DNA of 64,000 nt, taken from positions 218,687 through 282,686 of the forward strand of contig CAYXYU010000002.1 of NCBI GenBank assembly GCA_964469525.1, in the 5' to 3' direction. Position 1 is the stretch's first letter; every line of letters starts with the position of its first letter. The notes under the pieces were generated by a model. It did no database searches. It was not told the origin of the DNA and worked only from the letters and a program-made list of their open reading frames with translations. Of this stretch, positions 35,566 to 44,669 are shown piece by piece. The stretch is from an uncultured Rickettsiales bacterium. GTDB taxonomy: Bacteria; Pseudomonadota; Alphaproteobacteria; Rickettsiales; SXRF01. Made by a program: the position numbers and the translations under genes.

Positions 35566-36345
35566 ATGAACTCAATGGCTTTGCTGGAGCAACTCCTTCC
35601 GTTAAGCGTATTTTTCGGAGTCTCATTCGTCGCAGCGGCTATTAATTCGGTGGCGGGCGGCGGAACTTTCCTTACCTTCCCGGTATTTATCCTAAACGGC
35701 CTGACCGCGCCACAGGCCAATATCATGAGCACCATCGCGCTGTGGCCGGGAGTGGTCGCCAGCATGGCCGGTTACCGTAACGAATTTCCGCGCGACAAGC
35801 GACGTCTGTGGAAAATGATGGCGGTGGGCGGGGCTTGCGGCGCGGCGGGGGCGCTGTGGTTTCTGGTGACGCCGGAAGTGACTTTTACCCGCTTGGTGCC
35901 GTGGCTGCTGCTGGCGGCGACGCTGATCTTCACTTTTGGGCGACGGCTGACGGTACAGCTGGAGCAGGTGACCATCCCGCCCGTCTTGCGCCGGGCGTTG
36001 GCATTCCTGCTGCTGGTGGCCACCGGCATCTATGGCGGCTATTTCGGCGCCGGGATCGGCATCCTGACGCTGGCCATGCTGGAGCTGCTGGGCTTTACCC
36101 ATATCCATCAGATGAATGCGGTGAAAACCCTGTTCACCAGCATTATCAATCTGGGGACGCTCGTCATTTTTCTTCTGCTGGCTGACATCATCTGGCATTT
36201 GGCAGCGGTGATGATTGCCGGCGCGGTGCTCGGCGGCTATGTCGGCGCTCGCACGGCGCTCAAGGTGTCGCCGCAGAAAGTACGGTTGCTAGTCAGCAGC
36301 ATCGGTTTTGTGATGACGGCGTATTTCTTCCTCTATGGCGCATAA
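35566..36345 (+). CDS. TauE/SafE (TSUP) family anion exporter
   Basis: It is a polytopic membrane protein with a repeated AGGGTFLTFP / GAGIGILT-type motif. Confidence 0.7.
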   Translation: MNSMALLEQLLPLSVFFGVSFVAAAINSVAGGGTFLTFPVFILNGLTAPQANIMSTIALWPGVVASMAGYRNEFPRDKRRLWKMMAVGGACGAAGALWFLVTPEVTFTRLVPWLLLAATLIFTFGRRLTVQLEQVTIPPVLRRALAFLLLVATGIYGGYFGAGIGILTLAMLELLGFTHIHQMNAVKTLFTSIINLGTLVIFLLLADIIWHLAAVMIAGAVLGGYVGARTALKVSPQKVRLLVSSIGFVMTAYFFLYGA

Positions 36346-36445
36346 AAATACCGTAAAATATTTTTTAAAAAGCCGTTGAGTCGCAGGCTCCGGCAGGTAT
36401 AATCAGCAGCATTTGAAGCTGCGTAAAAGCCTGAAGGTATTACTT

Positions 36446-37516
36446 ATGACCGAGCCTGTCCTGTCCTCGACGCCCGTATCGCCGCAAGCTGCGGAACCCG
36501 CGCCGAAAAAAGCACATGTTATTGTGCTCGGCAATGAAAAGGGCGGGTCGGGCAAGACCACCAGCTGCATGCACCTCATCGTATCGCTGCTCCGGCTTGG
36601 GTTTTCGGTTGGTTCCATCGACATCGATTCGCGCCAGCGCTCGCTGTCGCGCTACCTCGAGAACCGTCGCCAGACCATGCTCAAGGAAGGGGTCACCCTG
36701 CCGCAGCCGCAGCATATCGTGCTGCAGCGGAGCCCGTTCAACATCGTGCAGGAGGCCGAAGCGGACGAGCGCGAGCGCTTCACCAAGGCGCTGAATCGCC
36801 TCATCGCCGCCAACGACTTCGTGGTGATTGACAGCCCCGGCAGCGACACGCATATGTCCCGCCTGGCGCATGCCTACGCCGATACGGTAATAACCCCCAT
36901 CAACGATTCCTTCGTCGATCTCGATGTGCTGGCCAACGTTGACGGGCAGACCATGAAGATCATCAAGCCGTCGATCTACAGCGAAATGGTGTGGGAGCAA
37001 AAGCTGCAGCGCGCCAAGCGCGACGGCGGCTCGATCGAATGGATCGTCATGCGCAACCGCCTCTCCAACATCGACGCCAAGAACAAGCGCTTCATGACCC
37101 AGGTCACCATGGATCTTTCGCGCCGTATCGGCTTCCGCGTCGCGCCGGGTTTTTCCGAGCGCGTGATCTTTCGCGAGATGTTTCTGCAGGGGCTGACCGT
37201 GCTCGATATCATGGAGGCCGGCGGCGGCAATCTTTCCATGTCGCATATCGCCGCCCGCCAGGAAGTGCGCGATCTGCTCAAAACCCTGCAGATTCCGCTG
37301 ATCAATGAACGCCTGTCCAAAGCAAAGGATGACGGTGGGGAAGCCGAGGAGAAAAAGCCTGTCGCCACCCCGGCGTTCACCAGCGAGTCCGTCAATACGG
37401 AAGCGGCGGCTGAGCCGGCCAAGCCGGACGTCCCGAAAGCGGAAGCTGCCGCTGCGAAGCCCGAGGATAAGGCGCCGGTTATCGAAGAGAAGAAATACGT
37501 CGAGCTGGCGTCGTAA
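36446..37516 (+). CDS. mipZ: Division-plane positioning ParA-like ATPase MipZ with a long low-complexity C-terminal tail
   Basis: It has the deviant Walker A VIVLGNEKGGSGKTT and shows collinear similarity to Caulobacter MipZ (IDIDSRQRSLSRYLENRR, PINDSFVDLDVL, SHIAARQEVRDLL). Confidence 0.85.
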   Translation: MTEPVLSSTPVSPQAAEPAPKKAHVIVLGNEKGGSGKTTSCMHLIVSLLRLGFSVGSIDIDSRQRSLSRYLENRRQTMLKEGVTLPQPQHIVLQRSPFNIVQEAEADERERFTKALNRLIAANDFVVIDSPGSDTHMSRLAHAYADTVITPINDSFVDLDVLANVDGQTMKIIKPSIYSEMVWEQKLQRAKRDGGSIEWIVMRNRLSNIDAKNKRFMTQVTMDLSRRIGFRVAPGFSERVIFREMFLQGLTVLDIMEAGGGNLSMSHIAARQEVRDLLKTLQIPLINERLSKAKDDGGEAEEKKPVATPAFTSESVNTEAAAEPAKPDVPKAEAAAAKPEDKAPVIEEKKYVELAS

Positions 37517-37570
37517 TCTATTCCTCCTTCCGCAGGCGGGGGAAGAAAAACCCATACCAAATTTTCCCGG

Positions 37571-39124
37571 ATGGGTTATAGCTTCCTCATGTCGCTGATT
37601 AAATCCACCGCCACCATCGGCTCCTACACGCTGCTGTCGCGCGTGCTCGGCTTCATCCGCGACGTTACTATCGCCTCCGGCATCGGCGCCAGCTTCCTCT
37701 CCGACGCTTTCTTTATCGCCTTCAAGCTGCCGAATTTCCTGCGTCGCCTGTTTGCTGAGGGGGCCTTCAACTCAGCCTTTGTGCCGCTCTTTGCCGGCCA
37801 GCTGACCGTGGAGGGCAAGGAGAAAGCGCGCGTTTTCGCAAGTGAAGCAATGTCGTTTCTCATTCTCGTACTGCTTATTGTAACCGGGGTCTTTATCCTC
37901 TTCATGCCGTGGATTATGTATATCCTGGCGCCGGGCTTCGCCGACGATCCGGAGAAGTTCGATCTGACTATTACGCTTACCCGCATCACCATGCCCTATA
38001 TTCTGTTCATCTCGCTGGTGTCGCTCCTCGGCGGTATTTTGAACAGCAACGACAAGTTCGCCGCCGTGGCGGCGACACCCGTCATCATGAATCTCTGTCT
38101 GATCGTAATCCCTTATGCGATCAGTGACTGGACGCCTAATATGGCATATGGCCTCGCCATTGCCGTGTTTGTCTCGGGCGTGGCGCAATGGTTGTGGCTG
38201 GTCTATTTCTGCCACAAACTCGGCATGCTGCCGAAGCTGATGAGGCCGCGGCTGACCGAAGATGTTAAAAAGTTGCTGGTGCTGATTGCACCGGCTGCGC
38301 TGGGAGCAGGGGTAGCGCAGATCAACCTGCTGGTCGATCTTATCATCGCCTCGCAGTTCGACAGCGGTGTGTCGTATCTCTATTACGCCGATCGCATCAA
38401 CGAGTTGCCGCTGGCGGTGATCGGCATCGCAGTCGGTACGGCGTTGCTCCCGCTATTGTCGCGTATGGTGCGTGAGGGCAGGGAAGACGATGCCAGCCGA
38501 GCCCACAATAACGCCATCGAGCTGGCGCTCTTCCTGAGCCTGCCGGCGGCGGCGGCGCTGGTCGTTATCGCCGAGCCGGTGATCACTGTGATGTTTCAGC
38601 GCGGCGAATTCGGGCCTGCCGACACGGTGGCGACGTTCCATGCGCTGATTGCCTTCGCCATCGGCCTGCCCGCTTTTGTGTTAATCAAAATCCTGGCTCC
38701 CGCCTTCTATGCCCGTCGCGACACCAAGACACCATTCAAAATCGCGGCGATATGCATTGTCATCAACCTGGCCTTCAATTTGATCCTGATGCATCCGTTG
38801 CAGCATGTCGGCATGGCGCTGGCCACCACCATCGCCGGCTGGGCCAATGTGGCGATGATGGCGGCGGTGCTGAAACAGCGCCGTTGGCTGGCCGCTGAGG
38901 GGCGTCTAATCGGACAAGGTGTGAAAATGATCTTCTGTTGCGCGGCGATGGTTGTCGTGCTGATTCCACTGAATGCCCTCGCTGCGCCTTATATTGCGGG
39001 CGGGGAAATAACGCGGTTCATTGCCCTGTGTATTATGGTCCTGGGAGGACTGGCTGCCTATTTACTGGCCGGGCTGGCGCTCGATGCAGCCGGCATGCGC
39101 ACACGCCTCCTGCGCGGAGGTTGA
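37571..39124 (+). CDS. murJ: Lipid II flippase MurJ (MviN)
   Basis: SRVLGFIRDV.IA..FGA....DAFF.AF..PN..RRLFAEGAF..AFVP and about 14 TM segments identify it. Confidence 0.9.
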   Translation: MGYSFLMSLIKSTATIGSYTLLSRVLGFIRDVTIASGIGASFLSDAFFIAFKLPNFLRRLFAEGAFNSAFVPLFAGQLTVEGKEKARVFASEAMSFLILVLLIVTGVFILFMPWIMYILAPGFADDPEKFDLTITLTRITMPYILFISLVSLLGGILNSNDKFAAVAATPVIMNLCLIVIPYAISDWTPNMAYGLAIAVFVSGVAQWLWLVYFCHKLGMLPKLMRPRLTEDVKKLLVLIAPAALGAGVAQINLLVDLIIASQFDSGVSYLYYADRINELPLAVIGIAVGTALLPLLSRMVREGREDDASRAHNNAIELALFLSLPAAAALVVIAEPVITVMFQRGEFGPADTVATFHALIAFAIGLPAFVLIKILAPAFYARRDTKTPFKIAAICIVINLAFNLILMHPLQHVGMALATTIAGWANVAMMAAVLKQRRWLAAEGRLIGQGVKMIFCCAAMVVVLIPLNALAAPYIAGGEITRFIALCIMVLGGLAAYLLAGLALDAAGMRTRLLRGG

Positions 39125-39136
39125 AGCGCTTTCTGT

Positions 39137-39589
39137 TTATTGCTTCCGTGGTGTCGGGCGCACGCCTGTGGCCCACTGTTCTGGTGTAATCATTTGCAAC
39201 TCGCTCAGGATACGCTCATTATTGGCAATGGCTTCCTGCAGGCTGGGCGGTACCCGCGGATTGCGCATGCGTTCCTTTTCCCATTGCTGCGGCGTCATTG
39301 ACTTCAGGCGCTTCAGCCGTTTCAGGATGCGCTGGCGGGTTCGGTCGAGCTGCTTTGCCGCTGCCGAGCCATTTTTCCGGGGAGTGATCTCCAAGGGCGG
39401 CAGGCGTACCGGCTCGGTGGACATGGCGCCTTTGGTCACTGGAGTGGCCGGGGCGGGAAGCGGGTCGGGAGCGCGGGTTACCGGGGAAGACACCTTTTTT
39501 GATGACGCGATGTCGGTTTGTACTAGAATGGCCAGTGCTATCGGCGGTAACGCGAGTGCTGCGATGATCAACAGGGTACGCTTATCCAT
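39137..39589 (-). CDS. Hypothetical signal-anchored/secreted protein
   Basis: It has the N-terminal hydrophobic segment LLIIAALALPPIALAILV, a Pro-rich linker and a basic C-terminal half. Confidence 0.5.
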   Translation of the reverse strand: MDKRTLLIIAALALPPIALAILVQTDIASSKKVSSPVTRAPDPLPAPATPVTKGAMSTEPVRLPPLEITPRKNGSAAAKQLDRTRQRILKRLKRLKSMTPQQWEKERMRNPRVPPSLQEAIANNERILSELQMITPEQWATGVRPTPRKQ

Positions 39590-39598
39590 GGCAAGGGA

Positions 39599-39922
39599 TT
39601 GTTTATGACGGAAATATGGTTACTCTATAGCACATTTCCCGACCGCGAAAAAGCGCTTTCTGTGGCACGTGAGCTGCTGGCTGCGCGGCTTATTGCCTGT
39701 GCCAACGTGATCGACCATGTCACGTCAGTCTATCGCTGGGAAGGCACCCTGCAGGAGGAAGGCGAAGTTATTCTAATCGCCAAAACCGGCAAGGCGAATG
39801 TTCACCGCGCCATCGAAGCGATCAAGCAGCTGCATCCCTACCAGTTGCCCTCCATCACTGCTTATGAGGTGGCAGGCGGTTTTACCCCATTCATGCAGTG
39901 GGTGGTCGACGAGACGTCATAG
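39599..39922 (+). CDS. cutA: Divalent-cation tolerance protein CutA
   Basis: LIACANVI..VTSVYRWEGTLQEEGEVILIAKT is CutA-like. Confidence 0.85.
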   Translation: MFMTEIWLLYSTFPDREKALSVARELLAARLIACANVIDHVTSVYRWEGTLQEEGEVILIAKTGKANVHRAIEAIKQLHPYQLPSITAYEVAGGFTPFMQWVVDETS

Positions 39923-39963
39923 CGGTTGCACGAGAGAGCACTTTCGCCTAATACACGGAGCGT

Positions 39964-40038
39964 TGGGGCGTAGCCAAGCGGTAAGGCAGCGGTTTTTGGT
40001 ACCGCCATGCGAAGGTTCGAATCCTTCCGCCCCAGCCA
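39964..40038 (+). tRNA. tRNA-Gln (anticodon UUG)
   Basis: TGGGGCGTAGCCAAGCGGTAAGGCAGCGGTTTTTGGTACCGCCATGCGAAGGTTCGAATCCTTCCGCCCCAGCCA folds as a cloverleaf with anticodon loop TTTTGGT. It is close to E. coli tRNA-Gln. Confidence 0.93.
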
Positions 40039-40139
40039 AAATAGGAAATTTCCAATTAAGAACTGGAAAGGAATTCGGTTGTACCAGATTGTCAGCTTAA
40101 TATATTGCTGCTCTTAAACCGCTAATTCATAGGAATTCT

Positions 40140-40868
40140 ATGGTACAGCACTTCCCACACCACACCCACAATGATCCTCGGCTTCTTGAAGCATTAGTGA
40201 AGAATTTTCCTTTGGCAATGATTGCCGTCAATGGTGAAGAAGGCCAACCGCCGATAATTGCTTATGCCCCAGTGATCTTTGAAAAGGAAACTGGCGAAAA
40301 TGGACAAATCGATTTTCATTTATCTAAGAAAAATGCGATTGTTCCTTATCTAGAAAAAGGTGCCAAAGCTACCATTTCTATTGTCGGCCCGAATTGCCAT
40401 ATTTCGCCTAGTTGGTACGAAGCCCGCTTTTCTGGAGACAATCCGGATCGTAGCAAAACCGCTCCCACATATGATTTTGTAAGCGCCACTATGCAAGGCA
40501 CTGTGGCAACGATGGATATGCCGCATTTAAGCAAGCATTTGGGTAAGCAGGTTAGAGGAAAGGAAGCAACAGCCGGAGAAAAGCGCTGGGATCTTACCGA
40601 AATCGATCCGGATACTTTTAAAGAATGGCGTGGATTGATCGTAGGCTTCTCAATGCCGGTGGAGCATCTCGACCTTACGATGAAGATAAGTCATGATCAG
40701 AAGCCGGAGAACCGACCGGGAATTATCCGAGGTTTGCGTTTAAGAGATTCCTATGGTGATAAAGAGATGGCAAAAATCATAGAAGCAGATAATGGCACCA
40801 CCGATTCTTTAATAGCAGCATTGAATGCTATAGGCCCGGAAAGCAAAAAAGCAGCAATGCACCGCTAA
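40140..40868 (+). CDS. PaiB-family FMN-binding putative transcriptional regulator
   Basis: GPNCHISPSWY, APTYDFVSATMQGT, LIVGFSMPVEHLDLTMKISHDQ are collinear with B. subtilis PaiB as I recall it. The gene is visibly AT-richer than its flanks. Confidence 0.6.
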   Translation: MVQHFPHHTHNDPRLLEALVKNFPLAMIAVNGEEGQPPIIAYAPVIFEKETGENGQIDFHLSKKNAIVPYLEKGAKATISIVGPNCHISPSWYEARFSGDNPDRSKTAPTYDFVSATMQGTVATMDMPHLSKHLGKQVRGKEATAGEKRWDLTEIDPDTFKEWRGLIVGFSMPVEHLDLTMKISHDQKPENRPGIIRGLRLRDSYGDKEMAKIIEADNGTTDSLIAALNAIGPESKKAAMHR

Positions 40869-40921
40869 TATCTAAGCACAGGTATTTTCATTTCTAGCAT
40901 CAGCAGTCTAAGTGCGTAGTC

Positions 40922-40951
40922 AGTTCAACCCTGTCCACCACCCCCAGCCAA
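40922..40951 (+). repeat. Degenerate copy of the tRNA-Gln 3' end (candidate att remnant)
   Basis: AGTTCAACCCTGTCCACCACCCCCAGCCAA resembles the tRNA 3' part GGTTCGAATCCTTCCGCCCCAGCCAA. The shared exact 10-mer CCCCAGCCAA lies at 40030-40039 and 40942-40951. Confidence 0.5.
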
Positions 40952-40972
40952 TTTGACAACGCATGGAGGGCA

Positions 40973-42679
40973 TTGTATCCGGTAGCCATGAAGAGCGACC
41001 GGATGACTATCCTGCAACGTCTGTTCCGGCCGCCTTACGTCCTGCCCGTTCTGCTCATTGCGAGTATTCTCAACATACTTCCCCGTCTTTCCTCCCGGAC
41101 GGTGGGTGCGGATACATTCATCCATTATCTCAAGATCGAGGATTTCGCCTCCCAGTTCTGGCAGGGCGATTTCTATCCACGCTGGCGGTTTGACGCCGGT
41201 CTGGGGCTTGGGTCACCGGATCTGTTGTTCGAAGCGCCGCTGCCCTATATCATCGCTGCGCTGCTGTATCCGGTAACCTGGCTCGGATTATCGCTTCCGC
41301 TTTTCTATGCGCTGCTGCAATGGCTGGCGACGCTGGCGGCGGGCGGCACCGCCTGGCTGTGGCTTAAAGACCGGCTGCCGCCGGGCATCGCGCTACTCGG
41401 GGCGCTGCTCTATCTCTGGGTGCCTTACCGAATGGAAACCCTGCTGTTCCATCCTTCCTACACTGAGTTGTGGCTGATTGCCCTGCTGCCACTGATGCTG
41501 ATCGGCATACGGCGGATCCTGCAACGGGGCAGGGGGGGTATACCGGGGCTGGCAGCCCTGCTGGCGCTCGGGCTGCTATGCTATCCGCCCGGCGTCGTTG
41601 CCACGGGCATTGCTGCGGGTGTCTATGCGCTGGTGATGCGCGGCGGAGTGAAGTCGCTGCTTTATCTGGCGGCCGCGGCGGTGCTGGGGTCAGGCATTGC
41701 CGCTTTCTATCTGTTACCCGCATTTTATTATCATGACCTCACGCAGCCGCTGCTGACTGACAGCCCCAGCTACGGCTGGGCACACCGCCACCCGCGTCTG
41801 GATGATCTTGCCTCGATGCGGCTGATGATCCTCGCGGGCAGCGGTTTAACTGTGCTGGCGCTTATCGGGCTTGGCGTGGCGCTGTGGCGCGGCCGCGCGC
41901 GCATCGACGATGACTTCTCGCGTCAAGAAACCTTGGCCTGGCTCGGTATCGCGGGGGTGGCGCTGTTTCTGTTTCTCCCCGTCAGCCAGCCGCTTTATGC
42001 GCTGCTTGGGCCGTTCGGCAAGGCCGCGCTGCCATGGCGCATGCAGATACTTTTCATCCCCGCGCTGGCCTTCACCGCTTCGGTGGCAATGCAATGGGTG
42101 GTACGGCGTCGCGCCAGCTGGAAAATGGACGCTGCGCTGCTACTTGGGCTGCTCATGCTGCTCTCCTATGCGGTGGCCATCGAGTGGCAGTCGCCGGACG
42201 ATATCTTCTCGCAGCAGATGCGGCATGTGCGGGCCACGCACCGGTCGTTCACCGTCTGGGAGGATCAGGCGCTGCATCCTCCGGGGGAAGGGCTGCGCCG
42301 CCTGGAGGAGAAGAATCGGCCGCCGCAGTTGGAGCGAGTGGCGGGGGAAGGGGAGGCGAAGCTATTGCAGTTCGACTGGCGCGGGATCGTGATCATCGCC
42401 GAGACCGTGACGCCCCTGTCGCTGCGCTTCGATCATTATTATTTTCCTATCTGGCGGGTGCATTCCGATCCACCGGCCGACGTGAGACTCTGGCCCGAGC
42501 TTGAGACCGGCCGGATGCGGCTTGACCTGCCGCCGGGGAACCATACGGTCACGGTTTACTACGATGTTTATGGCGGAGGAAGTCTACCGGTTAGACTTTC
42601 GCCATGGATCAGCTTCCTGGCACTGCTTGCCGTGACGCTGCTGCGACTCCGTATGCCAGGCAGGAAGCGTTTTCTATAG
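40973..42679 (+). CDS. Large polytopic membrane protein (possibly glycosyltransferase-C-fold / COG5617-like)
   Basis: It has more than 10 hydrophobic segments, and the N-terminal region HYLKIEDFASQFWQGDFYPRWRFDAGLGLGSPDLLFEAPLPY resembles that family. Both the start and the function are uncertain. Confidence 0.45.
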   Translation: MYPVAMKSDRMTILQRLFRPPYVLPVLLIASILNILPRLSSRTVGADTFIHYLKIEDFASQFWQGDFYPRWRFDAGLGLGSPDLLFEAPLPYIIAALLYPVTWLGLSLPLFYALLQWLATLAAGGTAWLWLKDRLPPGIALLGALLYLWVPYRMETLLFHPSYTELWLIALLPLMLIGIRRILQRGRGGIPGLAALLALGLLCYPPGVVATGIAAGVYALVMRGGVKSLLYLAAAAVLGSGIAAFYLLPAFYYHDLTQPLLTDSPSYGWAHRHPRLDDLASMRLMILAGSGLTVLALIGLGVALWRGRARIDDDFSRQETLAWLGIAGVALFLFLPVSQPLYALLGPFGKAALPWRMQILFIPALAFTASVAMQWVVRRRASWKMDAALLLGLLMLLSYAVAIEWQSPDDIFSQQMRHVRATHRSFTVWEDQALHPPGEGLRRLEEKNRPPQLERVAGEGEAKLLQFDWRGIVIIAETVTPLSLRFDHYYFPIWRVHSDPPADVRLWPELETGRMRLDLPPGNHTVTVYYDVYGGGSLPVRLSPWISFLALLAVTLLRLRMPGRKRFL

Positions 42680-43235
42680 CGGTTTGCAGCTGGTGGGGTC
42701 GTAATCGCGGCAATACATGATCTCAATAGTACGCCGCAATATGCGTCCGATGATTCCCTTCTTCACCATCTCGCGCACTTCAGTTTCAAGGGTGCTCAAT
42801 TCGTCATTACCATTCCCACCGTTGCCGCCCCCTCCGCCTCTACCATTGCCTGCGCTCGCCGCGCTGAACTGTTCCAACCGTTTGAGGTTCTGATGCCAAC
42901 GCGGTGGCAACTGGAAAATCACCGGTCTGCCTTTCTTCTGCACCTTGAGAATATCCATCAGGATGGAAACCGGTTTCTGGGGAGCCTTTCAGTTTTTTGC
43001 GGTGCGTGATGTAGCGTGAGCCTTTAACGGCAAACAGGAAGTCGCGGGGAACGGCATCTTCCCATGCGCTGAGAGTTTGGGGGCGGGGCAGATGATAAAA
43101 ACTGGTATTGATTTCCACTGCTTTAAAATGGCGGGCGTAAAATCGGATACGCTCACGCGGCGGCAGGTCCTTTGGATAAAAGCCGCCCTCCCATGCATCG
43201 TAGCCCCACCCGGAAGTCCCGACATGCCAGCGCAT
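42674..43235 (-). pseudogene. DUF72 family gene disrupted by a frameshift near 42965-42975
   Basis: The N-terminal part (MRWHVGTSGWGYDAWEGGFYP...FAVKGSRYITHRKKLKGSPE) and its continuation (..PVSILMDILKVQKKGRPVIFQLPPRW) lie in different frames. The C-terminal tail (GNGRGGGGGNGGNGND..) does not look like DUF72. Confidence 0.55.
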
Positions 43236-43330
43236 GCCACGAGTAACGGACAAAATGCATAAAGATACGATAGGAAAGCAATATCCGCTCGAGAAATTAT
43301 GGCGATCCATGTAAAGAAAAAACGGGAGGC

Positions 43331-44176
43331 ATGTGCATGCAGGCGAAACTTATCATTCATGGCGGCCTAGGCAGCCGGCCCAAATCCCCGCGCAGGGAAA
43401 GCGAAGTGCGCGAGGCACTGCGTTCCATTGCGGAAAAATCCTATGCGTTTCTCCAGCATCATTCGGCGGTCGAGGCGGCGGTATATGCGGTCAGCCTGCT
43501 TGAGGACGCCCCGTTATTCAATGCCGGCACCGGCTCGAAGCTGCAAAGCGACGGGGTAATCCGCATGACTGCCTCGGTAATGGACGGCGAGCGGCAGCGC
43601 TTCGCCGGCGTCATCAACATACGCGAGGTAAAAAATCCAGTGCAGGTCGCCGCGCGGCTGCTGGACTACGGTGACCGCGTGCTCGCCGGTGAGGAGGCGC
43701 TGGCCTTCGCGCGGGTGCAAGGATTCCCGTTTCATGATCCGCAAACGCCCGCCCGTCGCGAGGAGTATGCCAAAAGATTCGGCGAGCAGGGCGGAACGGT
43801 CGGTTGCGTCGCGCTCGATGGGCAGGGCAGGCTTGCCGCTGCGACCTCGACTGGCGGCAAAGGCTTCGAGATTCCAGGGCGTGTCAGTGATTCAGCCACC
43901 GTTGCGGGAAATTATGCCAACTCCTTTGCCGCGGTTTCCTGTACCGGAATCGGTGAAGATATCGTGGATGCCAGCCTGGCGGCGCGCATTGTGCTGCGTG
44001 TCACCGACGGCATGTCTCTCACCGAGGCGTGCGCGAAATCCCTCAATGACGTGAGAGCGCAAGGCGGACAGGCCGGTGTGATAGCTCTCGATTCGGGGGG
44101 GCGCATGCATCCGGCTGCTACCGCACCCTACCTGACCTGGGCTATGCATGATGGAACAATAACATTGTTCGGATAG
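43331..44176 (+). CDS. Isoaspartyl peptidase / L-asparaginase (Ntn hydrolase)
   Basis: It has FNAGTGS, the GTVGCVALDGQGRLAAATSTGG nucleophile region and GIGEDI. Confidence 0.8.
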   Translation: MCMQAKLIIHGGLGSRPKSPRRESEVREALRSIAEKSYAFLQHHSAVEAAVYAVSLLEDAPLFNAGTGSKLQSDGVIRMTASVMDGERQRFAGVINIREVKNPVQVAARLLDYGDRVLAGEEALAFARVQGFPFHDPQTPARREEYAKRFGEQGGTVGCVALDGQGRLAAATSTGGKGFEIPGRVSDSATVAGNYANSFAAVSCTGIGEDIVDASLAARIVLRVTDGMSLTEACAKSLNDVRAQGGQAGVIALDSGGRMHPAATAPYLTWAMHDGTITLFG

Positions 44177-44202
44177 CCCGCGCGCGAAGCGGTTTATTGA
44201 GC

Positions 44203-44239
44203 TTTTATCTTTTCCGGCGGAGATAAAACTTTTTTCTTT
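44203..44239 (+). terminator. Rho-independent terminator downstream of the asparaginase gene
   Basis: The stem TTTTATCT (44203-44210) / AGATAAAA (44221-44228) has a 10-nt loop and is followed by a T-rich run (44230-44239). Confidence 0.6.
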
Positions 44240-44301
44240 ATGATTCGACGCGCAAGGTAAGTGTTACTACGCTTCACTACCACAACGATTGGAATGATTT
44301 T

Positions 44302-44655
44302 ATGAGCATGATGACTTCACAGACAGGCAGTGATAAGCCTCGTATGCGCCGCAGCGCATCAAAATCCACCAGCCGCAAATCCGTTTCACGGAAGAGCACC
44401 TCCCGCAAAAGCGCGGCGGGAAGAAAAGGAATGCGCAAGGCGAAAACCGCCAGTAGTGCCACACGCAGAGCAGCAGGTGCGAAGAAAGGTACGGTTCGCC
44501 GTTCCTCGCAGGCGTCGCGCGGCAAGAGATCCGGCGCAAAGAAAACGAATCTGCGCGGCTCCACCAAAGGCGCCAGAAAGTTTAAAAAGCCAGTTTCCAG
44601 GTCCTCGGGCAGGAACAGCAGCATCAGCTCGAGCCGCGCTTTCGGCCAGCATTAA
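44302..44655 (+). CDS. Highly basic Ser/Arg/Lys-rich small protein (possible histone H1-like nucleoid protein)
   Basis: By my count, 36 of the 117 residues are K or R and only one is acidic. It contains SRKS-type repeats (SKSTSRKSVSRKSTSRKS). The compositional bias creates overlapping shadow ORFs on both strands. Confidence 0.5.
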   Translation: MSMMTSQTGSDKPRMRRSASKSTSRKSVSRKSTSRKSAAGRKGMRKAKTASSATRRAAGAKKGTVRRSSQASRGKRSGAKKTNLRGSTKGARKFKKPVSRSSGRNSSISSSRAFGQH

Positions 44656-44669
44656 CGCCTCGGCAGTTT

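Noticed and set aside
36440-37555. 371-aa minus-strand ORF antisense to mipZ
   Set aside because: It is a shadow of a confidently identified gene, with an Arg/Gly/Leu-rich low-information sequence.
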